From Nemertoderma westbladi (taxonomy: Eukaryota; Animalia; Xenacoelomorpha), in the NCBI GenBank assembly GCA_032718475.1, contig JAUCBJ010003164.1:9784-73783 (forward strand): a DNA stretch of 64,000 nt, read 5' to 3'. Each line of letters starts with the position of its first letter. The first letter of the stretch is position 1. Position numbers and translations under genes: made by a program. Below, piece after piece: positions 39,701 to 53,616 of the stretch. Under the pieces are notes generated by a model. The model worked only from the letters and a program-made list of their open reading frames with translations. It did not search any database and was not told the DNA's origin.

Positions 39701-40510
39701 TACTTGTACTTGCACTTGTAATTGTGCTTGTGCTTGTGCTTGTTCTTGTACTTGTACTTGTACTTGCACTTGCACTTGTACTTGTAATTGTGCTTGTGCT
39801 TGTGCTTGTGCTTGTGCTTGTGCTTGTGCTTGTGCTTGTACTTGTACTTGTACTTGTACATGTACTTGAACTTGTACTTGAACTTGTACTTGAACTTGTA
39901 CTTGAACTTGAACTTGTGCTTGTGCTTGTGCTTGTGCTTGTGCTTGTGCTTGTACTTGTACCTGTACTTGTATTTGTACTTGTACTTGTACTTGTACTTG
40001 AACTTGTACATGTACTTGTACCTGTACTTGTACTTGAACTTGTACTTGTAATTGTACTTGTATTTGTACTTGTACTTGTACTTCTAATTGTATTTGTACT
40101 TGAACTTGTACTTGTAATTGAACTTGAACTTGTAATTGTACTTGTACTTGTACATGTACATGTACTTGAACTTGTACTTGTACTTGAACTTGTACTTGTA
40201 CTTGTACCTGTACTTGTACTTGTACATGTACTTGTACTTGTACTTGTACTTGTACTTGAACTTGTACTTGTACTTGTAATTGTACTTATACTTGTATTTG
40301 TACTTGTACTTGTACTTCTAATTGTACTTGTACTTGTACATGTACTTGAACTTGTATATGTACTTGTACTTGAACTTGTACTTGTACTTGAACTTGTAAT
40401 TGTACTTGTACTTGTACATGTACTTGAACTTGTACTTGAACTTGTACTTTTACTGGTACTTGTGCTTGTTCTTGTACTTGCACTTCTATTTGTAATTGTA
40501 CTTGTACTTG
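36778..40510. repeat. (GTACTT)n array 3 (about 3.7 kb)
   Basis: Direct reading. Confidence 0.98.
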
Positions 40511-40521
40511 TTGTATTTTTT

Positions 40522-43500
40522 AGAATTCCGGACAGTATTTTGGACAGTTTTGCCCGGAAATCCGGGCATTTTGCCGGATTTTTGGATGTCCGGGCATTCT
40601 AGTGCCCGGGCATCCGGACATCCGGGCGAATTTGGAACGGTCAAATTGTCGGACAGTAAAGTTTAATGGACGCCTGGATTTACAGATTTCCGGGCAGTAT
40701 TTTGGACAAATTTGCCTGGAAATCCGGACAATTTGCCGGATTTTTGGATGTCCGGGCGACTTTGGAACAGTCAAATATGCCGATAGAAAAGTTAACTGGA
40801 CGCCCAGATTTGCCAAATTCCGGACAGTAATTTGGACAGTTTGCCCGGAAATACAGACATTTTGGCCGGATTTACGGACGTCCGGGTATCCTAGTGCCCG
40901 GAAGTCCGGACATCCGGAAGTCCGGGCGACTTTGGAATGGACAAATAGTCGGACAGACAAGTTTAATGGACGCCCGGATTTACAAAATTCCGGACAGTAT
41001 TTTGGACAAATTTGCCCGGAAATCCGGACAATTTGCCGGATTTTTGGATGTCCGGGCACTCCAGTGCCCGGGCGTCCGGATTTCCGGGCGACTTTGGAAC
41101 GGACAAATAGTCGGACAGACAAGTTTAATGGATGCCCAGATTTACAGATTTCCGGGCAGTATTTTGGACGAATTTGCCCGGAAATCCGGACATTTTGCCG
41201 GATATTTGGATGTCCGGGCATTCCAGTGCCCGGGCGTCCGGACTTCCGGGCGACTTTGGAACGGACAAATAGTCGGACAGACAATTTAAATGGACGCCCG
41301 CATTTACAGATTTCCGGGCAGTATTTTGGACAAATTTGCCCGGAAATCCGGACATTATGCCGGATTTTTTGATGTCCGGGCATTCCAGTGCCCGGGCGTC
41401 CGGACATCCGGGCGACTTTAGAACGGACAAATAGTCGAACAGACAAGTTTAATAGACGCCCGGATTTACGGAATTCCGGGCAGTATTTTGGAGAAATTTG
41501 CCCGGAAATCCGGACAATTTGCCGGATTTTTGGATGTCCGGGCATTCCAGTGCCCGGGCGTCCGGACTTCCGGGCGACTTTGGAATGGACAAATAGTCGG
41601 ACAGACAAGTTTAATGGACGCCCGGATTTACAAAATTCCGGACAGTATTTTGGACAAATTTGCCCAGAAATCCGGACAATTTGCCGGATTTTTGGATGTC
41701 CGGGCACTCCAGTGCCCGGGCGTCCGGATTTTCGGGCGACTTTGGAACGGACAAATAGTCGGACAGACAAGTTTAATGGATGCCCAGATTTACAGATTTC
41801 CGGGCAGTATTTTGGACGAATTTGCCCGGAAATCCGGACATTTTGCCGGATATTTGGATGTCCGGGCATTCCAGTGCCCGGGCGTCCGGACTTCCGGGCG
41901 ACTTTGGAACGGACAAATAGTCGGACAGACAATTTAAATGGACGCCCGCATTTACAGATTTCCGGGCAGTATTTTGGACAAATTTGCCCGGAAATCCGGA
42001 CATTATGCCGGATTTTTTGATGTCCGGGCATTCCAGTGCCCGGGCGTCCGGACATCCGGGCGACTTTAGAACGGACAAATAGTCGAACAGACAAGTTTAA
42101 TAGACGCCCGGATTTACGGAATTCCGGGCAGTATTTTGGAGAAATTTGCCCGGAAATCCGGACATTTTGCCGGATTTTTGGATTTCCGGGCATTCCAGTG
42201 CCCAGGCGTCCGGACTTCCGGGCGACTTTGGAACGGACAAATAGTCGGACAGACAAGTTAAATGGACGCCCGGATTTACAGATTTCCGGGCAGTATTTTG
42301 GACGAATTTGCCCGGAAATCCGGACAATTTGCCGGATTTTTGGATGTCCGGGCATTCCAGTGCCCGGGCGTCCGGACTTCCGGGCGACTTTGGAACGGAC
42401 AAATAGTCGGACAGACAATTTAAATGGACGCCCGGATTTACAGATTTCCGGGCAGTATTTTGGACAAATTTGCCCGGAAATCCGGACATTTTGCCGGATT
42501 TTTTGATGTCCGGGCATTCCAGTGCCCGGGCGTCCGGACATCCGGGCGACTTTAGAACGGACAAATAGTCGGACAGACAAGTTAAATGGACGCCCGGATT
42601 TACAGATTTCCGGGCAGTATTTTGGAGAAATTTGCCGGGAAATCCGGACAATTTGCCGGATTTTTGGATGTCCGGGCATTCCAGTGCCCGGGCGTCCGGA
42701 CTTCCGGGCGACTTTGGAACGGGAAAATAGTCGGACAGACAAGTTTAATAAACGCCCGGATCTACGGAATTCCGGGCAGTATTTTGGACAAATTTGCCGG
42801 AAATCCGGACAATTTGCCGGATTTTTGGATTTCCGGGCATTCCAGTGCCCGGGCGTCCGGACTTCCGGGCGACTTTAGAACGGACAAATAGTCGGACAGA
42901 GAAGTTAAATGGACGCCCGGATTTATAGAATTCCGGGCAGTATTTTGGACAAATTTGCCCGGAAATCCGGACATTTTGCCGGATTTTTGGATGTCCGGGC
43001 ATTCCAGTGCCCGGGCGTCCGGACTTCCGGGCGACTTTGGAACGGACAAATAGTCGGACAGACAAGTTAAATGGACGCCCGGATTTACAGATTTCCGGGC
43101 AGTATTTTGGACGAATTTGCCCGGAAATCCGGACAATTTGCCGGATTTTTGGATGTCCGGGCATTCCAGTGCCCGGGCGTCCGGACTTCCGGGCGACTTT
43201 GGAACGGACAAATAGTCGGACAGACAATTTAAATGGACGCCCGGATTTACAGATTTCCGGGCAGTATTTTGGACAAATTTGCCCGGAAATCCGGACATTT
43301 TGCCGGATTTTTTGATGTCCGGGCATTCCAGTGCCCGGGCGTCCGGACATCCGGGCGACTTTAGAACGGACAAATAGTCGGACAGACAAGTTAAATGGAC
43401 GCCCGGATTTACAGATTTCCGGGCAGTATTTTGGAGAAATTTGCCGGGAAATCCGGACAATTTGACGGATTTTTGGATGTCCGGGCATTCCAGTGCCCGG

Positions 43501-45030
43501 GCGTCCGGACTTCCGGGCGACTTTGGAACGGGAAAATAGTCGGACAGACAAGTTTAATAAACGCCCGGATCTACGGAATTCCGGGCAGTATTTTGGACAA
43601 ATTTGCCGGAAATCCGGACAATTTGCCGGATTTTTGGATTTCCGGGCATTCCAGTGCCCGGGCGTCCGGACTTCCGGGCGACTTTAGAACGGACAAATAG
43701 TCGGACAGAGAAGTTAAATGGACGCCCGGATTTATAGAATTCCGGGCAGTATTTTGGACAAATTTGCCCGGAAATCCGGACATTTTGCCGGATTTTTGGA
43801 TGTCCGGGCATTCCAGTGCCCGGGCGTCCGGACTTCCGGGCGACTTTGGAACGGACAAATAGTCGGACAGACAAGTTAAATGGACGCCCGGATTTACAGA
43901 TTTCCGGGCAGTATTTTGGACGAATTTGCCCGGAAATCCGGACAATTTGCCGGATTTTTGGATGTCCGGGCATTCCAGTGCCCGGGCGTCCGGACTTCCG
44001 GGCGACTTTGGAACGGACAAATAGTCGGACAGACAATTTAAATGGACGCCCGGATTTACAGATTTCCGGGCAGTATTTTGGACAAATTTGCCCGGAAATC
44101 CGGACATTTTGCCGGATTTTTTGATGTCCGGGCATTCCAGTGCCCGGGCGTCCGGACATCCGGGCGACTTTAGAACGGACAAATAGTCGGACAGACAAGT
44201 TAAATGGACGCCCGGATTTACAGATTTCCGGGCAGTATTTTGGAGAAATTTGCCGGGAAATCCGGACAATTTGCCGGATTTTTGGATGTCCGGGCATTCC
44301 AGTGCCCGGGCGTCCGGACTTCCGGGCGACTTTGGAACGGGAAAATAGTCGGACAGACAAGTTTAATAAACGCCCGGATCTACGGAATTCCGGGCAGTAT
44401 TTTGGACAAATTTGCCGGAAATCCGGACAATTTGCCGGATTTTTGGATTTCCGGGCATTCCAGTGCCCGGGCGTCCGGACTTCCGGGCGACTTTAGAACG
44501 GACAAATAGTCGGACAGAGAAGTTAAATGGACGCCCGGATTTATAGAATTCCGGGCAGTATTTTGGACAAATTTGCCCGGAAATCCGGACATTTTGCCGG
44601 ATTTTTGGATGTCCGGGCATTCCAGTGCCCGGGCGTCCGGACTTCCGGGCGACTTTGGAACGGACAAATAGTCGGACAGACAAGTTAAATGGACGCCCGG
44701 ATTTACAGAATTCCGGGCAGTATTTTGGACAAATTTGCCCGGAAATCCGGACATTTTGCCGGATTTTTGGATGTCCGGGCATTCCAGTGCCCGGGCGTCC
44801 GGACATCCGGGCGACTTTAGAACGGACAAATAGTCGGACAGACAAGTTTAATGAACGCCCGGATTTACAGATTTCCGGGCAGTATTTTGGACAAATTTGC
44901 CTGGAAATACAGACATTTTGGCCTGATTTCCGGGCGTCCGGGCATCCTTGCGCCAGTATATCCGGACGCCCGGGCGACTTGAGAACAGTCAAATAGGCAG
45001 ACAGAAACGTTTACTGGATGCCCCGATTTT
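40522..45030. repeat. 162-bp satellite array 3 (about 28 monomers; 809-bp higher-order repeat)
   Basis: Same monomer; near-identical ORFs recur at 42745, 43554 and 44363. Confidence 0.98.
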
Positions 45031-46229
45031 GATGCCCAAATATTGGTGTTTAATCTCAAATTGCAAGGGGGGGGGGGGGGGGGGGGTTGTCACGAATTTA
45101 ATCTCCGCTAATTACAGTAATATCTCATCTCGTCGAATAAGAGATGTAACTTATCAATTAAGGGGTAGGTGCTGGTTATAATGGTACGTTATTCTAACCA
45201 AAACAATAAACATTTACACAGTTACAGTTACATTTTTGCGAGTAATCAATAATTGTTACAGTATTTGCTACGGTTTCCCCCTTAAAAGGGTTAAATTTTG
45301 GTTGCGTCGAGAACACCAACACTACCTCCACCACTCGCCACTCCAGAGTCATTTCAAACCGAAATTTATTCGCCAAAAAATACTTGTCTTGAATAATTCT
45401 TGACATTAAGTTTAATAACGACGAAGGCCAGCCCTAACTAACAAGCACAATACGGTTATGACAATACAGTTACGTAAAGATATTTATTAGCCAAGCAAAT
45501 AATGACGTAACACTGTGACACGTTATTATTATTGCACAAAGAATGACCAACCCAAAATATGGCTTGTCTTCAAAGTGAACGCCATTTAGATCACGCTAAC
45601 TACTTACTGTATACTCTCGGAGAAACATTAATAATTAGTTTAATTAATTTATAAATTATTAATTAAATTGAAAAACAACTGAGTTTATAATTAGAATTTA
45701 ATAAATGTATTTAAACGTTTACAATAATATTCAGGAATGGATTCCATTCTAACCGAAATATAACATAACATATATGTGCAAAATGCGCAGAGAAAATATA
45801 CCGATACTGTAGCGCACGAAAGACTCAAAGAAAAATTAAAAAAATACAGATTGATGGTTAAAATAAACCAAAATTATAAAACGAGGGTGGGCTACAATTT
45901 TAAGGATCGTTAAATACAGTATGGTTGTTACTCGTCAGTAACATGAAATGGAATAGAAACACAACGCAATTCAGTGTTCCATACCAAAAAATATCAACCA
46001 ATTACATTTTAACACGTAAATAAATACCGACTTTTGTGTCCATTTGTGCTTAATATGAGTGACAGCTACAGATAAATAATAAAATTACACCCAAATATTT
46101 ATTGTGTTCGTTGCAGCCATATAACAGTATTATGAAGCCATTGACGTCAGCAACATTACGAGAATGTATTAATACTGTCAAACTATTAGGTAAGGATATC
46201 ACTTTCGCTTTTCCCTTTAGATCACCTGT

Positions 46230-48642
46230 CTATCTCAGACTGCCTCTGTGGTGTGGGGATGCGTAATCCTCCACGATTGGTTGTTGTTCCACTGAGTAGA
46301 ACTGGTTGTTATAAGGTTCGGGGTTGTAGGCTTCACTCTGAACATAGTTCGAGCTGTCCTGCCCAACTGTACCGTAGGATTTCGCCGCACCGTCTAGCTT
46401 ATCTTTATTATCTAGAATTATAATGAAGTCATTAATAGAAACTAATTGATACAATACTGTAGGGGTAAATTTATAGTACCGCGCCAACTAGCGGTGGTTG
46501 TATGCACCGGATTGCATCGCAAGGCAGCCATTATGGGGCGAGCCATGTACTAGTTCAAAAGTATTAACTAGAGTCATATTCTTTCCAAAACTCTAACTAA
46601 ATGAGGATACATTTAATACCCTCTCTAGCTTATTTATGATGGTGTATCTGTATCCTGCTCTTTTCATTTTCTTTTACTTTTTCTTCTTTCAACTTTTTTT
46701 TATTTGAAGGTTCTTCTGTCACTTTACCTTCAGTAATTTACCAACAATTAATTATTGAACTACTATTGTGATTTCTTTCACTACAAACTGGTTATATTTT
46801 ACATTTTATATAATCGCATTTACCTAGGCAGGTATCTTTCTCATCGGCCCAAGGTTGTTTCTCACCAGACGCGAATACCCCGTAGAATATGATCCCGGCG
46901 TAGTGGACTGTAGACGCTATGATAAACACACTTTGCCATTCCAACGCCATCTAGAGGAAGACAATTAATAGGGTAGTAATTAATTTTAAGGATTTATAAT
47001 ATTGAAAGTATCTGTGCATCATGATTTTAAATAACTTTAATTGAACTTAATATGCTTATACTTTTTTAATAAAACAACATTTTAATGTTAATTTCTGTTT
47101 TGATATTTCTTCCGAAAAAAAAAACAATAAAAATGTTGATTTAATATAATAAACAAATTTAATAACGCAATCGCATCGTACCTTGTGTTTGGTGAGCAGA
47201 CCAACAACCATGGGACACACCATCCCGGATAAAGTTCCGACCCCGTTAGAGATACCCATTAGTATGCTAGCGAACCGGGGAGCAATGTCCAGGTGGTTAA
47301 CGTTGAATCCTGAGGACATATATAATCATAAAAAATACAAGTTCAAAGAAATTAAACTAAATGTTGCAAAATTATTAATGAAAAAATTTACAAAGATAAT
47401 TAATCAAGAAAAACGTAATATTATTAATCCCAAATGCTAAAACTAATTTAAGGATGTAATATAATTAATGGTTTTGTTCAGAAATGGAAAAAATGAGAAA
47501 GCGCGTCACCGGGGGTTGAAAACTACAGTAATTAAACACGACATCTCAATAAATCACTGTCTAGACACCTACCGCGCCATTCTAACGTACCTGCGGTAAT
47601 TAAATTTCCCATTATTGTCATTCATATTAACATTATTTTGGTTAAATTGAGTGAAAAACATGTTATCAATGGGTAGGATGCCATAAAAACACCATAATTA
47701 TAGTAAAAGTTTATATTTTTGGTGTGTAAAATAATTATAGAAAAAGTTTTAAGATTGCAGTACACGGTGTGGTGTGGAAGTTAGGCAGTCCTATTCCATA
47801 TGAAACCGAAAGTTTGTTATGAATTCTGTACCGTGTTGACTATTATGTCACAATACTGTGGGGCGAGCCACGAAAGTAAACGAACTTATAATACGGGTAC
47901 CACTATCTGCTTGGCGGTCGGTCGGTCGCCCGGTCTTTCTGTCTGTCGGACTTATCATTAAATGCTTTATTCTCAGGAAACGCAGTTTCCTGAGTTTTAT
48001 TCGCAGTTTCTTAAAACGTTGTAGGACTGAACTATGAAAAATGTTTAGAAAGTCTGACAGACTTGAAGGTCATCGGTCCGCAGTTCTCCAGTATGCCGCT
48101 AGAGTGCAAAATGTTTGAAGTTGAAAAACTTCCACCGTTTTATTTTTATTTTAATTAGTTCAAACTTGGCATATATGTACTAGAAAACTGGCTGCTTCAT
48201 TGTGAGGCGGTACTCCGTCTCCACTTCTAATGATTCGCTATCGGGATCGAGATGTCTGAAAGTGAAACCCTTCTCTTATTTCGTTATTTGTTATACGTTA
48301 AAACCGCCTAGTGGAACTTAATTTTTTGCTATATTAATAATAAATTGTAACAGAATAATACGGTTACAGCAGGCCTATATATTAAAAAAAACTCTTACCC
48401 GATATGGCAAATCCACTAAACCCTACAGCCATGGTCAGGCAGGTTATAGCTGTTGTGCGGTCTCTTGTCATGGCAACACCCAATAGGAAACTAGCCTCCA
48501 TACCGAAACCGCCGCAGTTGAAGATCTTTCGAACGGCCGTGGTTGATAAAATACCGCGCGATCGCAGAAAATCCGCCATGTATCCACCGATAGGAACCAA
48601 AATCGCCATTACAAGATGGGGTAGGGCCGAAAGGATACCAAT
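46230..48642 (-). CDS. VGLUT: VGLUT 3' partial, copy 4: exons 48642-48399, 47309-47182, 46950-46824, 46411-46230
   Basis: Same exons at constant offset 45889 from copy 1. This is the in-window copy nearest any 5' half of the gene lying beyond position 64000. Confidence 0.92.
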
Positions 48643-49176
48643 CTGTCGTGAAAGAATACATTATATCAATAAATTATGTAGGAAAGGGAAAGTCCAAAGC
48701 ATATAATTAATAATCTATTGTTAGATAACGAGTTTGTATTGTTGGTTGGACTTATGTTAAAGTGACCAAATGGAATCAAAAGAAAGATGTTACGATATGA
48801 GTATATATTTCGGGCAACAGCCCATTATCAACTCATAATAATCTATTGTGGTTCTGGAAATGTGATACAAAGTTGCCAAGTGATCTACTTAAATTTGTGC
48901 ACAAAAATATCGGATTTGATAAGATTCGAACTCACGGTCTCTAGCTGATAAGTCGAACGCGCTCTCAGATACACGTTACAAAACTATTGATAAAAGTTAA
49001 ACACGAAATATCGGGGCAACCTGAAATCTACTCTCTCTTCACTGTTACCTGTAAAGCGGAAATCGCACACTCTACAGTAACTTACACGGATGCAGAGCAC
49101 CTTAGTAGCTACCCAATGCCAATTCCGCCCGCAAAATAAGGTTCCCATATCGATGGTTAGACACCAAGTTACGAAA

Positions 49177-49309
49177 ACTCACCTGGCACACAAAACGGGT
49201 ACTGGCCATAGACTCACCTGGGACTCAAAAGGGGAACTGGGCTGGCCATAGACTCACCTGGGACACAAAACGGGGGCTGGGCATAGACTCACCTGGGACA
49301 CAAAACGGG
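49177..49309 (-). repeat. CAG|GTGAGT minisatellite, unit 4 (4 units)
   Basis: Same as 3288-3420. Confidence 0.85.
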
Positions 49310-50767
49310 TACGGGATTATAATAAATAAATTACCTTTCTTGTAATCGTCCCTGGTCCTGAAACACTTTAATATATTTGATTGCGAACGGCCATTAATGC
49401 GACGTCTCTATAATAAAGCAGATAATATTTAGGCCTATGAATAAACAAACTATAATAATACTGGAATACAAAACTAAACACTAAATAGGGTAACTAACTA
49501 GAAAGTCAAGGTTAAACCATACCGAATGAATATAATACAAAGCCGGTTGGTTGAAAGCATATTATATTGATATGAAGACACAAGAGTATTGTTATTGACT
49601 TCGCAATACAAAGTAATAATTATATGTCTGGAGGGAGGAATGACCCCGTGCCTTTGTATAATAGCCGACCCACCGACTGGCATTGCAATTAATAATAAAA
49701 ATGCTTCTACAGCTACGGTACTGTACAGCCAATAAGAACATTGAATATTAGTTAAAGGCAATGGCTGTATGAATAGCCGCGTTAAGTTAAACTGCAACAG
49801 AGGTGTATGTAAAGTGAAAGAAATAGGCCACAGTCACTCAGGTAAGCAAGCCTGAATGAGATGATGAGTATGACAAGGGCTTGAAGTATTGGCTACCCCG
49901 CCCATCAACTATAGTAACTGTATGATATTTCGTCTTAAATTCCCGCTTTGAGGTTCTGAAGGATGAGTTGATTCCACTTTTTAGCTGTTATTTAGGTGAA
50001 AAAAAGCATAAGAAGATGACGTAAAGAAATGCTTGATGTTTTCACTTAATTAACAGCAGAAATGTGTTGGAATTGAAGTTATTGATTTTTGTAGATTACT
50101 TACTCAAGAAATGTGTGAAAGACATTTTTCAAAATGAAAGACATTTTTGTGAAAGTGTCTTTAAAAAATGAGTGTAAGTCAGCCAATGGGCATAGCTGAA
50201 TCGACATTATGTTTTTTTTGTAATAACGCGCCATAGAATAACATGGAGTAACTATGACAATACCATGGTAAGGGCCAGTCCTTAGCATATAAATAATAAT
50301 TGTCTCTAGCGGCATACCCCCCCCCCCCCCCCGGCCGTCTCTCTCTGCTGCCTCTAGCGTCGGTAGTAAATTCATACTGTGCCACGTGGTGGTGTGTAAC
50401 ACTTTTCCTATTGTAAGTACAATGAATGTGGAAGGGATGGATAAGGCAATAATTATTCTATCATAGGAGAAGGGGAATATTATATGTTGATGTGGGCAGG
50501 GAATAATGCCGGTGGTTGGGTTATATTGTTAAAGTAATGAAAAGTTTAAAGGTCTGTATGTTCGGTTGTTGTGGATGAAAAATGCTGAATTAAATTTCTT
50601 TAGATTCACTGTAAATTGATCTTTCTATTATTCATACCAAGAACTAACAATCAGGATCAAGAATAACCTTATTTAAAAAATGTATTATTATATATCCTGC
50701 GGTATGCAATGCCATTGGTTTCAATGTCGATTACAATATCAATATCGGTTATTGGTATCGGTTACTG

Positions 50768-53605
50768 GTACTTGTACTTGTACTTGTATTTGTACTTGTA
50801 CTTGTACTTGTACTTGTACTTGTACTTGTACTTCTAATTGTACTTGTACTTGTACTTGTACTTGTACTGGTACTTGTACTGGTACTTGTACCTGTACTTG
50901 TACTTGTACTTGTACCTGTACTTGTACTTGTACTTGAACTTGTACTTGTACCTGTACTTGTACTTGTACTTGTACCTGTACTTGTACTTGTAATTGAACT
51001 TGAACTTGTAATTGTACTTGTACATGTACATGTACTTGAACTTGTACTTGTACTTGAACTTGTACTTGTACCTGTACTTGTACTTGTACTTGTACTTGTA
51101 CTTGTACTTGAACTTGTACTTGTACTTGTACCTGTACTTGTACTTGAACTTGTACTTGTACTTGTAATTGTACTTGTACTTGTACTTGTACTTGTACTTG
51201 TACTTGTACTGGTACTTGTACCTGTACTTGTACTTGTACTTGTAATTGAACTTGAACTTGTAATTGTACTTGTACTTGTACTTGTACTTGTACTTGTACA
51301 TGTACATGTACTTGAACTTGTACTTGTACTTGAACTTGTACTTGTACTTGTACTTGTACTTGTACTTGTACTTGTACTTGTAATTGAACTTGAACTTGTA
51401 ATTGTACTTGTACTTGTACTTGTACTTGTACTTGTACATGTACATGTACTTGAACTTGTACTTGTACTTGAACTTGTACTTGTACCTGTACTTGTACTTG
51501 TACTTGTACTTGTACTTGTACTTGTACTTGTACTTGTACTTGTACTTGAACTTGTACTTGTACTTGTACTTGTACTTGTACTTGTACTTGTACTTGTACT
51601 TGTACTTGTACTTGTACTGGTACTTGTACTGGTACTTGTACCTGTACTTGTACTTGTACTTGTAATTGAACTTGAACTTGTAATTGTACTTGTACTTGTA
51701 CTTGTACTTGTACTTGTACATGTACATGTACTTGAACTTGTACTTGTACTTGTACTTGAACTTGTACTTGTACCTGTACTTGTACTTGTACTTGTACTTG
51801 TACTTGTACTTGTACTTGTACTTGAACTTGTACTTGTACTTGTACCTGTACTTGTACTTGAACTTGTACTTGTACTTGTAATTGTACTTGTACTTGTATT
51901 TGTACTTGTAATTGTGCTTGTGCTTGTGCTTGTGCTTATGCTTGTACTTGTACTTGTACCTGTACTTGTACCTGTACTCTTACTTGTACTTGTACTTGTA
52001 ATTGAACTTGAACTTGTAATTTTACTTGTACTTGTACTTGTACATGTACATGTACATGTACTTGTACTTGTACCTGTACTTGTACTTGTACCTGTACTTG
52101 TACTTGTACTTGAACTTGTACTTGTACTTGTAATTGAACTTGAACTTGTAATTGTACTTGTACTTGTACTTGTACTTGTACATGTACATGTACTTGAACT
52201 TGTACTTGTACTTGAACTTGTACTTGTACCTGTACTTGTACTTGTACCTGTACTTGAACTTGTACATGTACATGTACTTGAACGGGTACCTGTACCTGTA
52301 CTTGTACTTGTACTTCTAATTGTACTTGTACTTGTACTTGCACTTGTACTTGTACTTGTGCTTGTGCTTGTGCTTATGCTTGTGCTTGTACTTGTACTTG
52401 TACTTGTACTTGTACTTGAACTTGTACATGTACATGTACTTGAACGGGTACCTGTACCTGTACTTGTACTTGTACTTCTAATTGTACTTGTACTTGTACT
52501 TGTACTTGTACTTGCACTTGTACTTGTAATTGTGCTTGTGCTTGTGCTTGTGCTTGTGCTTGTGCTTATGCTTGTGCTTGTACTTGTACTTGCACTTGTA
52601 CTTGTAATTGTGCTTGTGCTTGTGCTTGTGCTTGTGCTTGTGCTTATGCTTGTGCTTGTACTTGTACTTGTACATGTACTTGAACTTGTACTTGTACTTG
52701 AACTTGTACTTGCACTTGTACTTGTAATTGTGCTTGTGCTTGTGCTTGTGCTTATGCTTGTTCTTGTACTTGTACTTGTACTTGTAATTGTAATTGTGCT
52801 TGTGCTTGTGCTTGTGCTTGTGCTTGTGCTTGTGCTTATGCTTATGCTTGTACTTGTACTTGTACTTGTACATGTACTTGTACTTGTACTTGTACTTGTA
52901 CTTGTACTTGTACTTGTACTTGAACTTGTACTTGTAATTGTGCTTGTGCTTGTGCTTGTGCTTGTACTTGTACTTGTACTTGTACATGTACTTGTACTTG
53001 TACTTGAACTTATACTTGTACATGTACTTGTACTTGTACTTGAACTTGTACATGTACATGTACTTGAACTTGTACCTGTACCTGTACTTGTACTTGTACT
53101 TGTACTTCTAATTGTACTTGTACTTGAACTTGTACTTGTACTGGAACTTGTACTGTTACCGGTACTTGTACTTGTGCTTGTACTTGTACCTGTACTTGTA
53201 CCTGTACCTGTACTTGTACTTGTACTTGTACTTGTACCTATACTTGTACTTGAACTTGTTCATGTACATGTACTTGAACCTGTACTTGTATTTGTACTTG
53301 TACCTGTACTTGTACTTGCTTGTACCTGTACTTGTACTTGAACATGTACATGTACTTGAACTTGTACTTGTACTTGTACCTGTACTTGTACTTGTACTTG
53401 TAATTGAACGTGTACTTGTACATGAACTTGTACTTGAACTTGTACTTGTACTTGTACTTGAACTTGTACTTGAACTTGTACTTGTACTTGTACATGTACT
53501 TGTACTTATACATTGTACCTGTACTTGTACTTGAACTTGTACTTGTACTGGTACTTGTGCTTGTTCTTGTACTTGCACTTCTATTTGTAATTGTACTTGT
53601 ACTTG
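50768..53605. repeat. (GTACTT)n array 4 (about 2.8 kb)
   Basis: Direct reading. Confidence 0.98.
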
Positions 53606-53616
53606 TTGTATTTTTT

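Larger units (their letters stand above)
32031..45889. repeat. Macro-repeat unit 3 (13859 bp)
   Basis: Same module order; most diverged unique region. Confidence 0.95.
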
